This document shows positions 51,457 through 63,398 of a stretch of 64,000 nt of DNA, one piece after another. A program made the position numbers and the translations under genes. The notes beneath the pieces were generated by a model. It did not search any database. It was not told the origin of the DNA and was given only the letters and a program-made list of their open reading frames with translations. Source of the stretch: Mobula hypostoma (taxonomy: Eukaryota); contig NC_086108.1 in assembly GCF_963921235.1 (NCBI RefSeq), forward strand, positions 86,182,001 to 86,246,000. Reading direction: 5' to 3'. Positions within the stretch are counted from its first letter, which is position 1, and each line of letters starts with the position of its first letter.

Positions 51457-51959
51457 CAGCGGCACCGGAGTGGCCTCCCCGGGACGCAGACCTGGGTGAC
51501 CCCAGCGGCACCGGAGTGGCCTCCCCGGGGCGCAGACCTGGGTGACCCCAGCGGCACCGGAGTGTCCTCCCCGGGGCGCAGACCTGGGTGACCCCAGCGG
51601 CACCGGAGTGTCCTCCCCGGGGCGCAGACCTGGGTGACCCCAGCGGCACCGGAGTGGCCTCCCCGGGGCACAGACCTGGGTGACCCCAGCGGCACCGGAG
51701 TGTCCTCCCCGGGGCACAGACCTCGGTGACCCCAGCGGCACCGGAGTGGCCTCCCCGGGGCACAGACCTGGGTGACCCCAGCGGCACCGGAGTGTCCTCC
51801 CCGGGGCGCAGACCTGGGTGACCCCAGCGGCACCGGAGTGGCCTCCCCGGGGCGCAGACCTGGGTGACCCCAACGGCACCGGAGTGGCCTCCCCGGGGCA
51901 CAGACCTGGGTGACCCCAGCGGCACCGGAGTGACCTCCCCAGGACGCAGAGCTGGGCGA
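51457..51959. repeat. 46-bp GC/CpG-rich tandem array (10 full units + 1 partial) in the RTE 5'UTR
   Basis: Unit GCGGCACCGGAGTG(G/T)CCTCCCCGGGGC(G/A)CAGACCTGGGTGACCCCA starts at 51459, 51505, 51551 ... 51919. Confidence 0.97.
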
Positions 51960-54202
51960 TGAATATGGAAATCCTGGGCTGCCCAAACATCAAGATCCCC
52001 CTCTCGGCCTCTCCCTCTCGACCACGGATGTGGTCCAAAGGAATGCAAAGCAGTACATTTGGCATCGGCTTGGCTGCAGGAGCTGCCAGGAGGTGATGTG
52101 ATACATCATCCAACCGCCTTAGGGGATCCACTCTGGATTTGTGTAGGGTTTACTCCTCAGCCTTCTCTTCTCCCGAAGATACCCACAAACCAGTGGGGAC
52201 CCGTAACCCAGGATAGGGGCCCATACTAGGTACTGTCAGCCGGCGCCAGCTGAGCCCAGAACTTGTGTAAGGCAGGGTCATCACGCCCTGTAGTAGTGAC
52301 ATGTGGAGCTACTACCCACTACCCAAACTGGGTTGATGGTGTCCTTAGAACCACCACAGATCCTGACAGACCAATATTTCTTCAGTACTGGGACCACTGG
52401 CATTGCCTTTGGGCCCCATTCAACCTTGGAAAGGATTCCTTCACCCGCCATATGATTTAGCTCACTGATTAAATTGTCATGAATAGTTTAAGGAACCGAT
52501 GGGTTTTGCAAAAATTGGGTGTGGCATTTTAACTTAGCACTATTTTACCCTTGGTATGTTTGAATTTTCCAGTGCCATCCTTAAAAACTGCTGTGGCATC
52601 ATCCAGTACCTTTCTTAATTCATTTTCAGTTGACTCTTTTGTGGGGGATGTGGCATGTAAATAGTGAATGGATCTTCAATCAAGTTGTAGTTGTCTCAGC
52701 AGTCACAGCCCCACAACATTGGCCCTCCTGTTTTTATCACGCACAAGCCCAATGTGTCTTGTTGGTTGTTGTAATTCACTATTATGAATGTCATTCCCAC
52801 AGGAGTTATCTTTTCTCCAGTGTAAGTTCTTTCTTAGTTGAATATCTTCAGACTTCAGTTCGATGTATTTGAAATGCTGCTCAATTTCATTTTGAGGAAT
52901 GACTGAAATAGCCAAGCCAGGGTCCAATTCCATCTTAATTAGTTTGCCATTTACTTCTGGTGTAAGCAATATTGCTTGTCTCCTATTAGCTTTCACATTG
53001 TAAATCTCAAGGCTTTATCAGATTTTTCATCAACAGCATGCAGATTAGTACTCTTTTAGAAAATGCAACTTGACTTTTTATCTTTTTCTCTTCCCTTAAC
53101 AGTCCATTCATTTTTGTCTGCCCGATATGCTCTTTGTATATGTCCTACTTTATTGCATTTTCTGCAAGTTTCATCTTTAAATTTGCATTGGTTTGGTGTA
53201 TGTGAGCCCCTACCGCAGCAGTCATGTAATTTATCCAGCCACGCAGGCTCTTTATATTGTGCAATTTAGTTCATGCTCACTTATGTTCCCGCTTGCAATT
53301 CATCTGCAACTCTGGCTGCTGTTTCCATGGACGCAACAATTTCAATTGCCCTTTTAATTGTGAGTTGTGCTCAGTCAGGAGCTGTTTTTGAATGCTTTCT
53401 TGTAAGATTCCACAAACTTAATGATCTCTCAGTGCATCATTAAGCCCATCACTGAACTGACAATAGTCAGACAATTTCTTCAGTTCAGCCATGTACACTG
53501 AAATGGACTCCCCTTCCTTTTGATTCTGCTAATGAAACCTAAAGCATTCTGTAATCAACAATGGTTTCAGTTCTAAATGTTCCTGTATTACCTTCATGAT
53601 ATCATCAATGCTCATTTTGGCTTGTTTGGTTGGCACAGAGACACATTCAAGCAAAATGAATGGTCTTCCATCAACTGCACTCAGCAAAAATGGCACTCAT
53701 TTCTTATTGGCTATTTCATTTGTTTCCAAATACTACTTCAAAATATTGTTTAGTATACAATATCCATTTATCTCCAGTGAAATCCAACATCCCTATCTTT
53801 CCAACGTAGCCAGGTATTTCTGCTTTTTCTTAAATTTACATTCATTATCACCCCCAGTAATCATTATGAACCCATGAAATTCTTCCATTTTCAGCATTTT
53901 TTTAAACTGGACCAACTCTGTCCTTTTCCAAAGAGACACTTGCTGCACTTTTGTTTAATTCAACCATCTCTCTCCACTTGAAAACCAAAAACGCACTGAG
54001 CTTCAACAGAAAGGTGGCCATCTTGGATTTGTTTTAAAACTCACTCATTGCCACTGTTATGTTTTGTAACTCCAAAGCATAAAACTGGAAGAAAATCGCA
54101 GAGCTGAGGATTATGTATATGTTTAGTTTTCACTTTTAGCAAGGTGTGATGCGGTGGTGCAATGATGTACGCCATTCATGTAATTTTACAAATAATATGA
54201 AC

Positions 54203-54478
54203 CTTATTTATGTATTGATTCAGATACAGCATGGTATAGGCCCCTCTGGACCTAGCAACCCCTGATTTCCCCCAAGTGTAATCACAGGACAATTTACAAT
54301 GACCAATTAATCTACCACCCATTTCATCTTTGAACTGTGGGGGGAGACTGGAGCACCTTAAGGAATCCCATGTGGTCACAGGGAGAATGTACAAACTCCT
54401 TACAGACAGTGTTGGGAACTGAACCCAGGGCCCTAGTACCGTAAAGAGGTGTGAATCACTATGCTACCATGCTGTCCC
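54203..54478 (-). mobile_element. tRNA-derived SINE (HE1/V-SINE-like) inside the Gypsy 5' LTR
   Basis: Absent from the partner LTR. The minus strand has A/B-box-like GGTAGCATAGTGA and GGTTCAGTTCC, and a core GGAGTTTGTACATTCTCCCTGTGAC. Confidence 0.75.
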
Positions 54479-55304
54479 TATGTTATGTAAACAACAAAGA
54501 ATGCTTAATCAAACAACATGTTTACAATATTACTCAAATGTTAGTGAAATATTAAATACACAACAATGGTGAAGGTGAATTGTTCACAGAAGAGGTCCCA
54601 GTGAGCCTGACAAGGATTGAGTTGACAGATCTGCTGAATGGATATGAGGTTCTGGTGGTCAGTCCTGATTAGGAAGGGCTCGGTCCTTCCCATCAGTGAA
54701 TGTCTCCATTCCTTCAAGGCCCATTTGATAATGAGTAACTCCTTGTCTCCTACTCCATAATAGGGCTGTGTAGAACTGAGCTTGTGTCTTCCCATTCGGT
54801 TCTTGTTAGGAAAAGATGGCCCCAGCATCCATGTCAGACGTGTCCACATCTACTGTAAAAGATCTGGAAGTGGTCGGATGGCTGAGAATGGGAGCAGTGG
54901 TGAAGTGTCTCTTGAACTCCTTGAAATGATGGTCCATAGCAGCAGGCCAGGTTTTCCGTGAGGCAAGTGATTTGGTGAGGGAAGTGAGCGGAGTGGCAAT
55001 TTGGCTGTAGCTCCTGATGAAACAGCAGAATAAGTTGGTGAAGTCTAAGAAGTGCTTCAACTGTTTGAGGGAGCGAGGTCAGGGCCATTCAACGAAAGCA
55101 CGCATTTTCTCTAGTTCCTTGATTATGCCTTGGGTAAAAGGATTTAACCCAGGAAGGAAATGACTGGAGTGTGGAACTAGCATTTCTCCAAGTTGCAGTA
55201 CAGGTGATTTTCAAGGTGATGCTAAAGGACTGAATGGATGTGACAGATGTATTTTTGGGGATGCTTGGAGAAGATAAGGATGACATCAAGGTAAACAAAC
55301 ACAT

Positions 55305-55520
55305 ACAAATGCCTAAAAAAAAATTCCCCCCCCCAGAAGTTTTTATGTTTTATTGTTTTACAACACTGAATCACAGTGGATCTAATTTGTCTGTTTTTGA
55401 GACTGATCAACAGAAAAACACTCTTTTGTGTCAAAGTGAAAACAGATCTCTACAAAGTGATCTAAATTGATTACAAATATAAAACACAAAATAACTTATT
55501 GCATAAGTATTCACCCCACT
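55305..55520. mobile_element. Tc1-like terminal fragment within the outer Gypsy RT
   Basis: Similar to 33478-33590; ends in GCATAAGTATTCACCCC. Confidence 0.6.
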
Positions 55521-56984
55521 GTTCCTATGTAGTATGTCTCGGCGGATCTCATTGATGAAGGCTTGGAAAATGGCTGGTCTTTTGGAAAGTGCACAAGACT
55601 CATTGTCTCCAAGTACTTGTAGTGGCCGGTGGGTATTATGAACTCCATCTTCCACTCATGCTCCTGGCAGATTCAGATCAGTTTGTAGGTGATGCATAGT
55701 TCCAGGTTGGTGAAGATCTTGGCCTTGCAAAGTGTTTTGAATGTGTTATCCATTTAGGGGAGAAGGTATTGTTTCTTAACTGTGATTTTGTTGAGTCCAC
55801 AGTAGTTGATGCAGGGACGAAGACCCTCATCCTTCCTTCTGAAAAGAAGAATCCTGCACCAGCTGGGGACTGGGATTTTCAAATGAAACCATGCTACAGC
55901 AATTTAGCGATGTAATCATTCATGGCTTAGGTTTCAGGAGGGAGGGAGAACAATTGGCCTCGGGAATTGGTGGTGCCCAAGAGGAGGTTGATTCCACTGT
56001 GGTGTGGTCTGAGGTATCAGGGTGCTGGACTCTCTTTTACCGAAGGCAATGGCTAAGTCATGGTGTTCCTGTGGGAGTTTGTGAGATAGACGGTTTTCTC
56101 CATCTCCACAGATTTAAGGGGAAAAGTCACCTGAGGTTGCAAGCAGGTGGGTGCCCAACTCATCAGTGAACCGAATGACCAGGTAAAGTCAGGGGGAGAG
56201 CCAGGGGTAACCCAGGATGACAGGAGTGTTGAACGAGTCAATAACAAGGAATTGGATGGACTCGCGGTGCTCTCTGATGCTCATGCGCACATACCATGTG
56301 CACGCTCTGACCATCCCAGACCCCAAGGGCCATCTGTCAGTGGCTGTGATGGAGAAGGGGTGTGAGATAAGCTTGGTAGGGAGTCCAAGCTGCATACATA
56401 GAGTCTGGTCCAAAAAGCTGCCAGCCACACGAGAATCCACCAAAGCCTCCTGTGTGCGCCGAGCCGTTGGGGTGTGGCTGAGGACAAGGAGAGTGAGTTG
56501 GGCTATGATGCTGGAATGAGGGGCCAGGGAGCTTACCAGAAAGAAGGCCCTTCATCTTTATCTGGTGTATTTACATTTAGAGCACTAGATTCAGATCTAA
56601 GTTTCTCATCCTGAAATTGATTCTTTATTTCTACCATGCTCGGATTAATATTTGAGGGTATTTGTTGCAATGGCATTATTTATTAATCCTGAGATTTTGC
56701 ACAATAGCAGATCTAAAATAACTATCTCTCTGGTTGATATATTCTATTAATTTGTTCTCCATGCTTCTCTTACCAGTCTGACGTGTTCCAGCCATATAAT
56801 GTCTTGATAGTTGCAGTACAATGCTTACAGGCCCATTATTTCTTGATTGATAACCTGTCTTATAGTATTACTGCTGTCCCAGGGGCCTATGCATTCCTTC
56901 CTCTTAATCTTACTATTTCTTCTCTTCACACGATCTGATTCTTCATTGGGAGCTTCTGAGCCAATATCATTCTGCATGAGTAGC

Positions 56985-59900
56985 GAAAGATTGAATACTG
57001 AAAGATATATAGTGTAGATGTGGATAGGATGTTTCCATTAATAGGAGAACCTGTGACCTAAGGCTTTAGTATACATGGGACTTACTTTAAAACTGAGATT
57101 AGCAAGAAATTATTCAGCCAGGAGGCGATGAATCTGTGGGATTCATCGCCACAGTGAGTTGTGGAGGCCAAGTCATTTCATGTATTGAAGACAGAATTGG
57201 TCATTAGTAAAGGGTTATGTGGAGAAGAGAGAAGAATGAGATGGGAAAATTCATGATTGACTGAAGTCATGATTGAATGGTGGAGTGGACTCAATGGGCC
57301 AAATGGCCTAATTCTGGTCCTATGTCTTATAGTCGTACAGTATGTCTGACTGCAATGATCTCATTCTATAATAACAGATCTTCCTACTATCTGTTTTCTT
57401 TTTATGTATCCTTCCAAAATGTCAATTAGTCCTAAATATTCAAATTTCCAGCCTTGGCCATCTGGCAACAATACCTGGCTAATGGATCTCAGATCATACC
57501 CATAAAAATAGACTCATACTTCTCCTTTGAATGTAATACATAGGCACTGACTGTGATATGGTATTTTTTTTTTGAAAGATTGAGCTGAGAATATGATAAT
57601 TTAGGTCTAATGACCTGAACGTAAAATAGCAGCATAACAGTCTAGTCTATGGCTGATTTTGAACAATGGAATTTTGGTGTGTTGGCTTCAGTGCAGGAGA
57701 AGTATAGGGAAATTAAAGCATGATAGATAAGCAAACAGAAAGAGTTCAAAAGAAAGAAAAAGCATATGACAGATGCAAGTAATTAATGCGCCAGGCTGAT
57801 TAGTGGGAGCTTAGAGGGAAAGCTGAGAAAAGGAAAGATGTGTGACAAAGGGAGTAAAAGGAAAAAGACTGACAGTGCAGATAAAAGGTAACCCAAAAAA
57901 AAATATTTGATAATTTCACGAACAGGAAAAGAAGTGTTATAAGAGAAGTGGGGATGATCAAAGACCTAAAATGAAAATTACTCTTGGAGCCAGAGGGCAT
58001 GGCTGAGGAACTAAGAGAGTCTTTATATCCGCCTTCACAAAGGAGAAAGATGCATCTGGAGCCTCAGAGAAGGCAGATGTAATTGAAATTCTGGATGCAT
58101 TAATAATTTAATAAAGTAGCGGGAGTAGAAACGCTATGTGCAGGGAGTAGATAAATCACCTTGTTCAGATCAGTGATGGAGAGAATTCTAGATACAATAA
58201 CCTGGGACAGAAGTAGCAGTTAAATGGACGAGTGTGGATTGATTACAGAAAGTCAGCATAGGCTTGTTATAGCAGAGTAGGCCTAAATAATTTAATACAG
58301 CATTTTTGATAGAAGAGTTGATAGAGTTAATGAGGAAAATATAGTTAGTATGGAATATAATGGGCTACAAAAAGAACTTGAACAGTTGTCACAAAATTGG
58401 CTTATCACCAAGACAGAAAGCTATGCAATATGAGGCACTGTAGCAGACTGGGTATTAGTCTGGTTGCAGGCCCATAACTAGTAGTGTTCCACAGAGATCA
58501 GTGCTCAGACTTCTGTTCTTGTTTGATATATATACACGTTACTTATGAATAAATAAAAGATCTTAATCAGTTAGGGAAGCGGACTGATGAGTTACAGATA
58601 GATCTCAATACAAATAAGTGCGAGGTGAAAATCTTCCTTTTGGAATGACAGACGACCATACAACTTGTACCATGTACGGTAGGGTCAGGCAGTGTAGAGG
58701 TGCAGAGGAACCTTATCAGTATGAGTGCATAGCTCATTAACAGTAACATCACAGGTACACAGGGTGATGAAAAAGGCATTTGGCATGCTGGGTTTCATCA
58801 GACAGGGCACTGAGTGTGGGAGTAGGGACATCATGTTGCTGTTGTATAAGACATTGTGAGACCACAATTTGACTACTGTCACTTCGTTTTAGGAAAGAGG
58901 GGGTTAATTTGAAAAGACTGCAGAAAGGATTTACCAGAGTATTGCCAGGACTAGAGGGAAAAAGTTACAGGGAGAGTTCTGAGTTCTGGAAATGATCTTA
59001 TTTACAGACAGTGTTTGATGGGTGCCTGATAAAGGACCCACCCATAAGTTAAGGATGCATAGAGTTGACGGTAATGTATAAGCATGGATTGAGTATTGGT
59101 TAATTGAAAGGTAGGTAGTTGGGAAAAGTAGGTGTTTCTCTGGTTGGCAGCCAATGGTGAGTGGTTGTGGGGCCTGCAACTCTTTATGATATAGAGTACA
59201 TTGATGATTTGGAAGAGGGGGCAGAGTGGAGTGTATCTAAGTTTGCTGATGACACTATATTGTGTGAAAAAGCAAACTGTGCAGAAGATGTGGAGAATCT
59301 GTAGAGAGATATTTATGGGTTAAGTAAATGGGCAAGGGTCTGGCAGGTGGAGTACAATCTTGGCAACTGCAAGGTCATTAATTTTAGAAGGAAAACTAGA
59401 TCAGATTAACACTTAAATGTTGAAAGATTGCAGCATTCTTTTCTACAAAGGGTCTTGGAAGTGTTTGTGCATGAATCAAAGATGGTTGTTGATTTTCATT
59501 GCTTGACGGATTGAATTTAGGAGCAAGAAGTTGATGCTGCAACTGTAGAGGGTACTGCTGAGATTGCACCTCGAGGACAACATACTAACTTTGAAGGTAG
59601 CGCAGAGGGAGTTACCAGGTAGATTCTGGAGAAGAGGGGGTTAGCTTATGATTCCATAACCTGGGGCTTTATTCGCTGGAAGAATGAGTGGGAATCTGAT
59701 CGAAATATATAAAAATATGAAAGAGATAGATAAGATGGAGCTAGGAAAGGTGTTCCAACTGATACATGAGACTAGACCCAGAGGACATAGCCTCAAGATT
59801 CAGGGAAATAGTCTTAGGACAGAGCTGAGGAGAAACTACTTTCTCCCCCCAGATAGCACTGAAACTGTAGAATTCTCTGCCCAGGGAAGCAGTGGAGACT

Positions 59901-62230
59901 ACCTCTTTAAATATATTTAAGGCACATTTAGATAGGTAAATTAAAGGTTATGGGGAAAAGGCAGGTAGATGGAGCTGAGGTCAGGCCAGATCAGCCATGA
60001 TCTTACTGAATGGTGGAGCAGGTTCCAAGAGCCTGATTGCTTTCTCCTGCTCCAGTTTCTTTGTTCTTATGAAAGGTTGACCAGGCTAGGGCTTCATTTC
60101 TTAGAATGTAGAGGAATGAGGGGCATCATGATAGAAATGTTTAAAATTATGAGAGACATAGGGAAGGTACATGGTAATCGTTTTTCTCCAAAACTAGTGA
60201 GTATAGATTTAGAGTGGAAGGCAACTCTCTTCATAGAGTGCAGAGAGTGAGTGGAATGAGCTGGAAGAGGATGTGGTTGAAGCTGGTACAATATTATCAT
60301 TTAAGGAGCATTTAGTTAAGTACATGGAGGGGTGAGGCTTAGGAGATATTTAGGGTGAATGCATGTAATTGGGACTAACTGGGTAGGCACTTTGGTTAGG
60401 CCATGCATCTGTTTGTGTTGCTCCATCACTTTTGACTCTCAATAACATGGATAAAAATATAGATGGGATGCTGGTGAGTTTGCAGACAACACAAAGATTG
60501 GTAGCGTTGTGGACAGTAAAGAAGATTTTGAAAGGCTACAGTAGAGTATAGATCATTTATACATATGAGAGGAGAAATTGCAGATGGTGTTTAATCTGAG
60601 CAAGTATGAGGTGCTATACTTCAAGAGCTCAAATATAAGAGAAAATTATACAGTTAATAGCAGGACACCTAATAGCATTGATGTACAGAGGGATCTTGGG
60701 ATCCAAGTCCATTTCTCCCTGAATGTGAACACAGGAGTAAATAGGTTGGTAAGAAAGTGTTTGGCTTGCTTCTATTTGTCAGGACTTTAAGCATAAGGGT
60801 AGGGAAGTCAGGTTGAAGCTATATAAAATTTTGATTGGGCTACATTTGGAGAATTGTGTGCAATTCTGGCTGCACCATTGCAGGAAAAGTGTGAAGGCTT
60901 TGGAAAGCAATATAGAAGAGATTTACCAGGATGCTACATGGATTAGAAAGTGTAAGTGAAAAGGGAAGGTTGACCGAACTTGGGTGCCTTCTCTGAAGTG
61001 TCAGCAACTGAGGGAAGACGTGACTGTAACACAAAATTATGAGAGGCATTGATGTGGTAGACAATCGGAATTTCTATCCTGAGGTGGAAATGTCAAATAT
61101 TAGAGGACATGCATTTAAGGTGAAGGATGAAGGTTTAAAGGAGATGTGTGAGAAAAGCTTCTTACACAGAGTGGTAGGAGTGCTGGGGTAATAGTGGAAG
61201 TTGGTATGATAGTGATATTTACAAGGTTTTTAGATTGGCAGATCAATGCGTAGAAAATGGAGAAATATGCATCATGGGTAAGCGGAAGAGATTTAGTTTG
61301 ATTCAGCATCACATTTGGCACAAACAGCTTAAGCCAAAGGATCTGTTCCATGTTCTATGTTCTATGGATCAAAAATGATCAAAGAAACACGAAGCAGAGT
61401 AGTTGTAGAAGTTTCTTTTTGTCATGAATAGTGGATTTCTCCTGGGGTCAATGATAGAATCTCTGCTTTTCTAAATATACAAAAGAACTCGTCATGGGAG
61501 CATGAGGCAGAATTTTCAAACTTCTAGATGACACACAATTTGGAAGCAGAATGAATTGTGAGGAGGATAGTAATATACTTCAAACAGTTGTAATCAGGCT
61601 GGTGAAACAGCCAGTTATCTTGAACATAAAACATAATGCTAGGGAATCTGAGCTGTTACATTTGGTGGGAAGAATGTGAAGTGGAACTATAAACCAGAGA
61701 ACATAATTCTAAAAAGGATACCAAAACAGAGGGACTTGCAGAACTCATTGAAAGAGGTAGGACAGCTTGAGAAAGTGATAACAAAGGATTACAAAGATTT
61801 TTCCAGGAATGAAAGAGTTATCATACAATGAACATTTGATGGTTTTGGGCCTGAACTCGCTGGAATTTAGAAGGATGGGGGGGGGGTGGAGGTGGGATCT
61901 CATTGAAACCTTTTGAATGTTGAAAGGCCTAGACAGAGTAGATATGGAAAGGATGTCTCCCATGGTGGTGCAGTCTAGGACAAGAGCGTACAGCCTCACA
62001 GTAGAGCGGCGTCCATTAAAAATAGAGGCGCAGAGAAATTTCTTTAGCCAGTGTGTGGTGAATTTGTGGAATTTATTACCACAGACAGCTGTGGAAGCCA
62101 GGTCATTGGGTGTATTTAAGGGAGAGCTTGACAGGTTCTTGATTGGACACATCATCAAAGGTTATGGAGGGAAGGCCAGGGAGTGAGGCTGAGGAGGGAA
62201 AGTAAAGATCAGCAATGATTGAATGGTGGA
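56985..62230 (+). mobile_element. Cluster of old, same-orientation CR1 fragments
   Basis: Repeated degenerate SKFADDT and CKVI.F motifs, with CR1 3' ends at ~57330, 60070, 60440, 61365 and 62230. Confidence 0.7.
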
Positions 62231-62243
62231 GAGGACTTGATGG

Positions 62244-62936
62244 TGTCACTTAACTACTCATTTCAGTTAACTTCCCTTTCCCCGTGTTCCACCGGGCTCC
62301 TTGATTAGGGCACCTGATCTTCTTCCAAACCGGCAAGATAAAAACCCCGGCTTATAGCTACTCGGTTGTGGTTCATCACCGTAGCCAGGGCAGCAATGAA
62401 TATTCCGAGCCGCAAAGGATAAGGGACCGTCTTCATGAGCCTCTCCGTGTCAAGATTCATATTGTCTGTTGTGTTTGTTTTTGTCATCTCGTGTCCAGCT
62501 GAGTGTTGCTGGCCGTTTTGCCGCTACTCTGAGCTGAGATGCGAGTGGTCTGTCGTTGTTTTGTTTTGAAGGCTTAGAGTCCCAGTTCAAGTCAAGGCTC
62601 CGAGTCCCGGTTCAAGTCAAGGCTTCGTGTCCAGTCAAGTGATTGCTGGCCATTTACTGCTTCATGAGCTTCTCCATGTCAAGATACGTATTGTCTGTTA
62701 TTGTTTTGTTTAGTCGTCTCATTTCCAGCTGAGTAGGTCCGGCCGTTTGCTGCTACTCCGAGTTGAGAATTCTGTCTCTTCGTGTCCATTCCAAGTCCAG
62801 GCTCTGTGTTCCAGTCAAGTCTAAGTCCAGGCTCTGTGTTCAAGTCAACTCCAAGTCGGTCTCCGTGTCAAGCCTCTGTGCCTGTGTCTTGCACTTGGGT
62901 CCGCTTCCTCCGCTTCCTCCGCCGTCCATTGAAACA
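62244..62936. mobile_element. Solo LTR inserted in a CR1 3' end
   Basis: TG...CA ends with a 5-bp TSD GATGG (62239-62243 and 62937-62941). It contains a ~108-bp direct repeat and CAAGT-rich short repeats. Confidence 0.85.
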
Positions 62937-63081
62937 GATGGGCCAAATGGCCTAATTCTGCTCCTATGTCTTACGGTTTAAAAGCAGATGGGATTCAAAG
63001 TTTGTCAAAAAGTATGGAATTTAAAATCTAGAAAGGTTTAAGGAAAGACATAAAGGCCTTAAATAGGATGCAGAATAGATT

Positions 63082-63398
63082 TCAGAATCGGAATCAGGTT
63101 TATTATCACTGACATGTGATGCGAAATTTGTTAACAGCAGCAGCAGTTCAAAGCATTACATAATATAGCAGAGAATAATTAATTAATTAACTAAATGAAA
63201 ATATAAATAAATAAGTAAATTTATTACAGTATATGTATATTGAATAGGTCTTAAAACATGCAAAAAACAGAAATACTGTATGCTTAAAAAAGTGAGGTAG
63301 TGTGCAAGGGTTCAAAGTCCATGTAGCAATCGGATGGCAGAGGGGAAGAAGCTGTTCCTGAATCACTGAGCGTGTGCCTTCAGGCTTCTGTACCTCCT
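63082..63398 (-). mobile_element. Rex1/Babar 3' end, same family as 11221-11530
   Basis: Direct nucleotide similarity (GAATCAGGTTTATTATCAC...CAGGCTTCTGTACCTCCT). Confidence 0.85.

Larger units (their letters stand above)
47726..52326 (-). mobile_element. Full-length RTE-clade (BovB-like) LINE
   Basis: 9-bp TSD ACTGGGTTG at 47717-47725 and 52327-52335. It has an (ATT)n tail, a single EN+RT frame and a ~1.1-kb 5'UTR. Confidence 0.93.
44287..54565 (-). mobile_element. Inner Ty3/Gypsy element with both LTRs, decayed
   Basis: LTRs at 44287-44522 and 54055-54565 with TSD ATGGC/ATGGT. The TGG-starting PBS is next to 54054 and the PPT AAGGAGGAG is next to 44523. Gag, PR (KMELDPG), RT (NPVLKVDQYPLP), RH (LANDASPSGIGAV) and IN (RIHVDFAGP, SDNGPQF, PYHPATNG) remnants are present. 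Confidence 0.9.
43170..56550 (-). mobile_element. Outer Ty3/Gypsy element (Tf2/sushi-like), decayed and split by nested insertions
   Basis: Protease (VDSRVAGSFLD..PVILGYPWL, 56189-56443), RT/RNase H (FTTAPILSHP, YGVGDKELLIIKWALKEWRH, 54570-55900) and integrase (VVDQFSKEAHFI, GPQFISRIW, SSGYH, 43535-43990). LTRs were not identified. Confidence 0.8.

Noticed and set aside
51457..51959. CRISPR array
   Set aside because: Units are head-to-tail with no unique spacers, there are no cas genes, and the context is a eukaryotic LINE.
51336..52131. Three overlapping 215-239 aa ORFs as a real protein or RTE ORF1
   Set aside because: They arise from a stop-free 46-bp repeat cycling through frames and contain no recognisable domain.
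52237..52250. 14-nt stretch GCTGGCGCCGGCTG (minus strand) resembling the genomic HDV ribozyme sequence
   Set aside because: The matching P1 5' strand is absent and the sister copy reads GCTGGCTCCGGCTG, so it is likely coincidental.
54400..54478. tRNA gene
   Set aside because: Only degenerate A/B boxes of a SINE head are present, with no cloverleaf.
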